This document shows, one piece after another, positions 61,492 through 64,000 of a stretch of 64,000 nucleotides of DNA. The DNA is from an uncultured delta proteobacterium (GTDB lineage: Bacteria; Myxococcota_A; UBA9160; SZUA-336). Position numbers and translations under genes: made by a program. Where the stretch lies: assembly GCA_963704165.1 (NCBI GenBank), contig CAVPHD010000001.1, positions 384,001 to 448,000 on the forward strand. The letters run 5' to 3'. Position 1 is the stretch's first letter. Each line of letters begins with the position of its first letter. The notes beneath the pieces were generated by a model. It saw only the letters and a program-made list of their open reading frames with translations, ran no database searches and was not told where the DNA came from.

Positions 61492-63033
61492 GTGAACGTG
61501 GTCCGGTCGTGCTCGTCGTGCTCGACGGATTCGGCCTCGGTCACGGCGGCCCTGGTGACGCGACGGCGCTCGCGAACGCGCCGTTCCTCGCGAAGCTGCG
61601 CACGAGCTGCCCGAGCGCGCAGCTCGAGACCTCCGGAGCCGCCGTCGGGCTCCCCGACGGTCAGATGGGCAACTCCGAGGTCGGCCACATGACCCTGGGC
61701 GCGGGCCGGATCATCGACATGGACATCGTGCGCATCTCCAAGGCGATCGATGCCGGCGAGCTTGCGGGACTGCCTGCGATCCAGAAAACCCTCGACGCGG
61801 CGGAACGCGCGGGCGGGGCGCTGCACCTGATGGGCCTGGTCTCCGACGGTGGCGTGCACAGCTCGCTCGACCACGTGCACGGAATTCTCCGCCTGCTCGC
61901 CGAACGCCGCATCCGTCCGATCCTGCACGCGTTCACCGACGGACGCGACACGCGCCCCGCGTTGCGCGCGGCGATTCATCGAGCCACTCGAGGCGCGTTG
62001 CCGGGAACTCGGTGGCTGCATCGCGACGCTCAGCGGACGCTACTGGGCGATGGACCGCGACAAGCGCTGGGATCGCGTCGCACGCGCGTACCGGGCGATC
62101 GTCTCGCGCGAGGGACGCGCCTGCGCCTCCGCGGTCGAAGCCGTCGATCGCGGCTGGGCAGCGGGAGAGGGCGACGAGTTCATCGCGCCGTCGGTGATCG
62201 CGGACGGCCCCGCGCTTCGCGACGGTGATGCGGTGCTCTTCTTCAATTTCCGCGCAGACCGCGCACGTGAGCTGACCAACGCCCTCACCCGCGTGCGCCC
62301 GGAAAACCTCGGCGAGGAAGTGTCCGCGCTTCCGCGGGTACGGCCCGCGATGTTCACGACGTTGACGGAATACGACGAGACCTTCGGCCTTCCGGCCGTC
62401 TTCGGCCCGGTGTCGGTGACGTCGAGCTTCGGCGAGATCGTCGCGGGCTCGGGCGGTCGCCAGCTGCGGATCGCCGAGACCGAGAAGTACGCGCACGTGA
62501 CCTACTTCTTCAACGGCGGGCGCGAGCAGCCATTCGAGAACGAGGATCGCACGCTGATCCCGTCGCCGCGCGACGTTCCCACCTACGACTTGAAGCCCGA
62601 GATGAGCGCGATCGCCGTCACGGACGCGCTGCTTCGGGCGCTCGATACCCACGACTACCGCTTCGTGCTCGTGAACTACGCGAATCCCGACATGGTCGGT
62701 CACACCGGCGTGATCCCGGCCGGTGTCGCCGCGGTCGAGACGGTGGACGCGTGTCTGGCACGGCTCTGCGAGGCGGTGCTCGCGCACGGAGGATCGCTTC
62801 TGATCACCGCCGATCACGGCAACATCGAGCAGCTGATCGATCCCGCGACCGGCGATCCGCACACCGCACACACGACCAACCCCGTGCCGATCTGGTGGGT
62901 CACGCGCGACTCCGACGCCGCAGGCCTGCGCGACGGCGGGCTCTCCGACGTCGCGCCGACCCTCTGCGAGCTGCTCGGCCTGCCGGTTCCGCGCGAGATG
63001 ACTGGCCGGAGCCTGCTCGTGCGCGCGGGTTAG
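61488..63033 (+). CDS. gpmI: 2,3-bisphosphoglycerate-independent phosphoglycerate mutase (frameshift near 61960)
   Basis: MGNSEVGH, SDGGVHS, GRYWAMDRD, AETEKYAHVT and ADHGN. Confidence 0.96.
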
Positions 63034-63041
63034 GAACGCTC

Positions 63042-63694
63042 GTGCGCGGCGCGTTCGGTGCGCTCCTCGAGATCGTCGTCCCGAGCGTCTGCCCTGCCTG
63101 CGACGTGCCGCGCAGGGCGGGGGACACGCTTCTCTGTTGCGGCCTGCGCGCAGGGACTGCGCGCGCTTCCTCGACTTCGCGCGGTGCACACCGCGATCGC
63201 CTACGACGGAACCGGAATGGAGCTCCTGCGCCGCTTCAAGTTCGAGGGCCGGCGAGACGCGCTCGAGATCCTCGTCGGACGTCTGGAGGCGCGCGTTCGC
63301 GAGCTTCGCTTCGACGCGATCGTGCCGGTCCCGCGCCACTACACACGCGTGCGCAGCGAAGGCAACGATCCGGTCTTCTCGTTGGCTCGCGCGCTCGCAC
63401 GTAGCGACGGGGGTACCCCTCGTATCCAACGCGCTCGCACGCGCCCGAAGAACGGATCCTCAGACGGGGTTGTCGATCGCCTCCCGGCGCGAGAACGTCG
63501 CTGCGAGCTTCCGCGCACGTCCGGGGACGCTCGCCGGACGTCGTGTGCTCCTGCTCGACGACGTCGCGACCACCGGCGCGACCCTCGTCGAGGCCGCGCG
63601 GACCCTGCGCCGCGAGAGCGGCGCGCGCCGGATCACCCTGGCCGCTGCGGCCGGTACGCCCGCCGTGGAATCTGCTGCCGGGCCTCTGCTATAA
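63042..63694 (+). CDS. comF: ComF-family phosphoribosyltransferase-like protein, frameshifted
   Basis: CPAC zinc motif, IVPVP and LLLDDVATTGAT across three frames. Confidence 0.85.
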
Positions 63695-63701
63695 GTCCCC
63701 C

Positions 63702-63896
63702 ATGGCCGACACCATCCGGATCAAGAACAACGTCACCTACGGGCATCAGGCGAATCTCGGCGAGGACGTCGCCGAAGTGGAACTCGCGGCGGGCGACGAG
63801 CTCACCGTGCTCCAGGAATGGGAGAACTCCTGGCTCGCGAAGGCGAGCGACGGGAAGCTCTTCAATGTGAAGAAGGACGTGGCTGAGCCCGCGTGA
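63702..63896 (+). CDS. 64-aa small beta-barrel (SH3-like) protein
   Basis: Strong codon bias; ELAAGDELTVL..W..SW...GKLF pattern. Confidence 0.65.
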   Translation: MADTIRIKNNVTYGHQANLGEDVAEVELAAGDELTVLQEWENSWLAKASDGKLFNVKKDVAEPA

Positions 63897-64000
63897 TCAG
63901 CTCCGCGAGCGTCTTCACCAGGCGCTCCGGGTTGACCGGCTTCTTGAACAGCACGCCGTCGAGTCCCTCCAGGCGGCTGCGCTTGATGACGTGGTCCTGG
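63862..64000 (-). CDS. C-terminus of a response-regulator receiver domain (partial)
   Basis: Manual translation ...LEGLDGVLFKKPVNPERLVKTLAEL...* with the conserved KP. Confidence 0.6.
   Translation of the reverse strand, partial: QDHVIKRSRLEGLDGVLFKKPVNPERLVKTLAELITRAQPRPSSH

Noticed and set aside
2286..63694. Many frameshifted genes read as pseudogenes or programmed frameshifts
   Set aside because: The breaks are 1-2 nt indels scattered across unrelated genes, including gpmI, with no accumulation of in-frame stops and no shared slippery motif. Long-read consensus error is the simpler explanation.
1..64000. CRISPR arrays, tRNA/rRNA, IS elements, prophage or defence systems
   Set aside because: I saw no regularly spaced repeats, cloverleaf structures, or transposase, integrase or phage motifs, and coding density leaves little unexplained space. 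This was judged by eye only.

Overview
Gene-dense, very GC-rich chromosomal DNA from a diderm (Gram-negative) bacterium. The gene order rplU-rpmA-obgE-proB-proA-nadD-rsfS together with HpnN/HpnM, ExeA/ExeB and a sigma54 activator suggests a Myxococcota/deltaproteobacterial-type organism (inference). About 60 CDSs are present; I found no rRNA, tRNA, CRISPR array, integrase or transposase. At least ten genes, including the housekeeping gene gpmI, are split by 1-2 nt frameshifts, which most likely are long-read indel errors. Main content: two tandem type-B carboxylesterases; an MMPL/methyltransferase/START block; an RND pump followed by PPK2, a K+-channel/pyrophosphatase ORF and mscL; a quinohemoprotein dehydrogenase; a flippase and a GT4; a MocR regulator with pdxS-pdxT; aroB; GH17; mlaA/hpnM/hpnN; rlmD; exeAB; a type II pantothenate kinase; and a core ribosomal/proline/NAD block. 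Most notable signals: (1) a membrane-anchored peroxiredoxin-like selenoprotein (W-UGA-PFC with a SECIS-like hairpin) that the ORF track truncates; (2) an in-frame K+-channel::inorganic pyrophosphatase ORF in a PPK2-mscL operon, which may be an indel artefact; (3) an orphan near-consensus sigma70 promoter upstream of a ~90-nt structured non-coding element; (4) widespread leaderless-type and bidirectional -10 promoters; (5) a 53-codon PhzF remnant inside the pdx operon.
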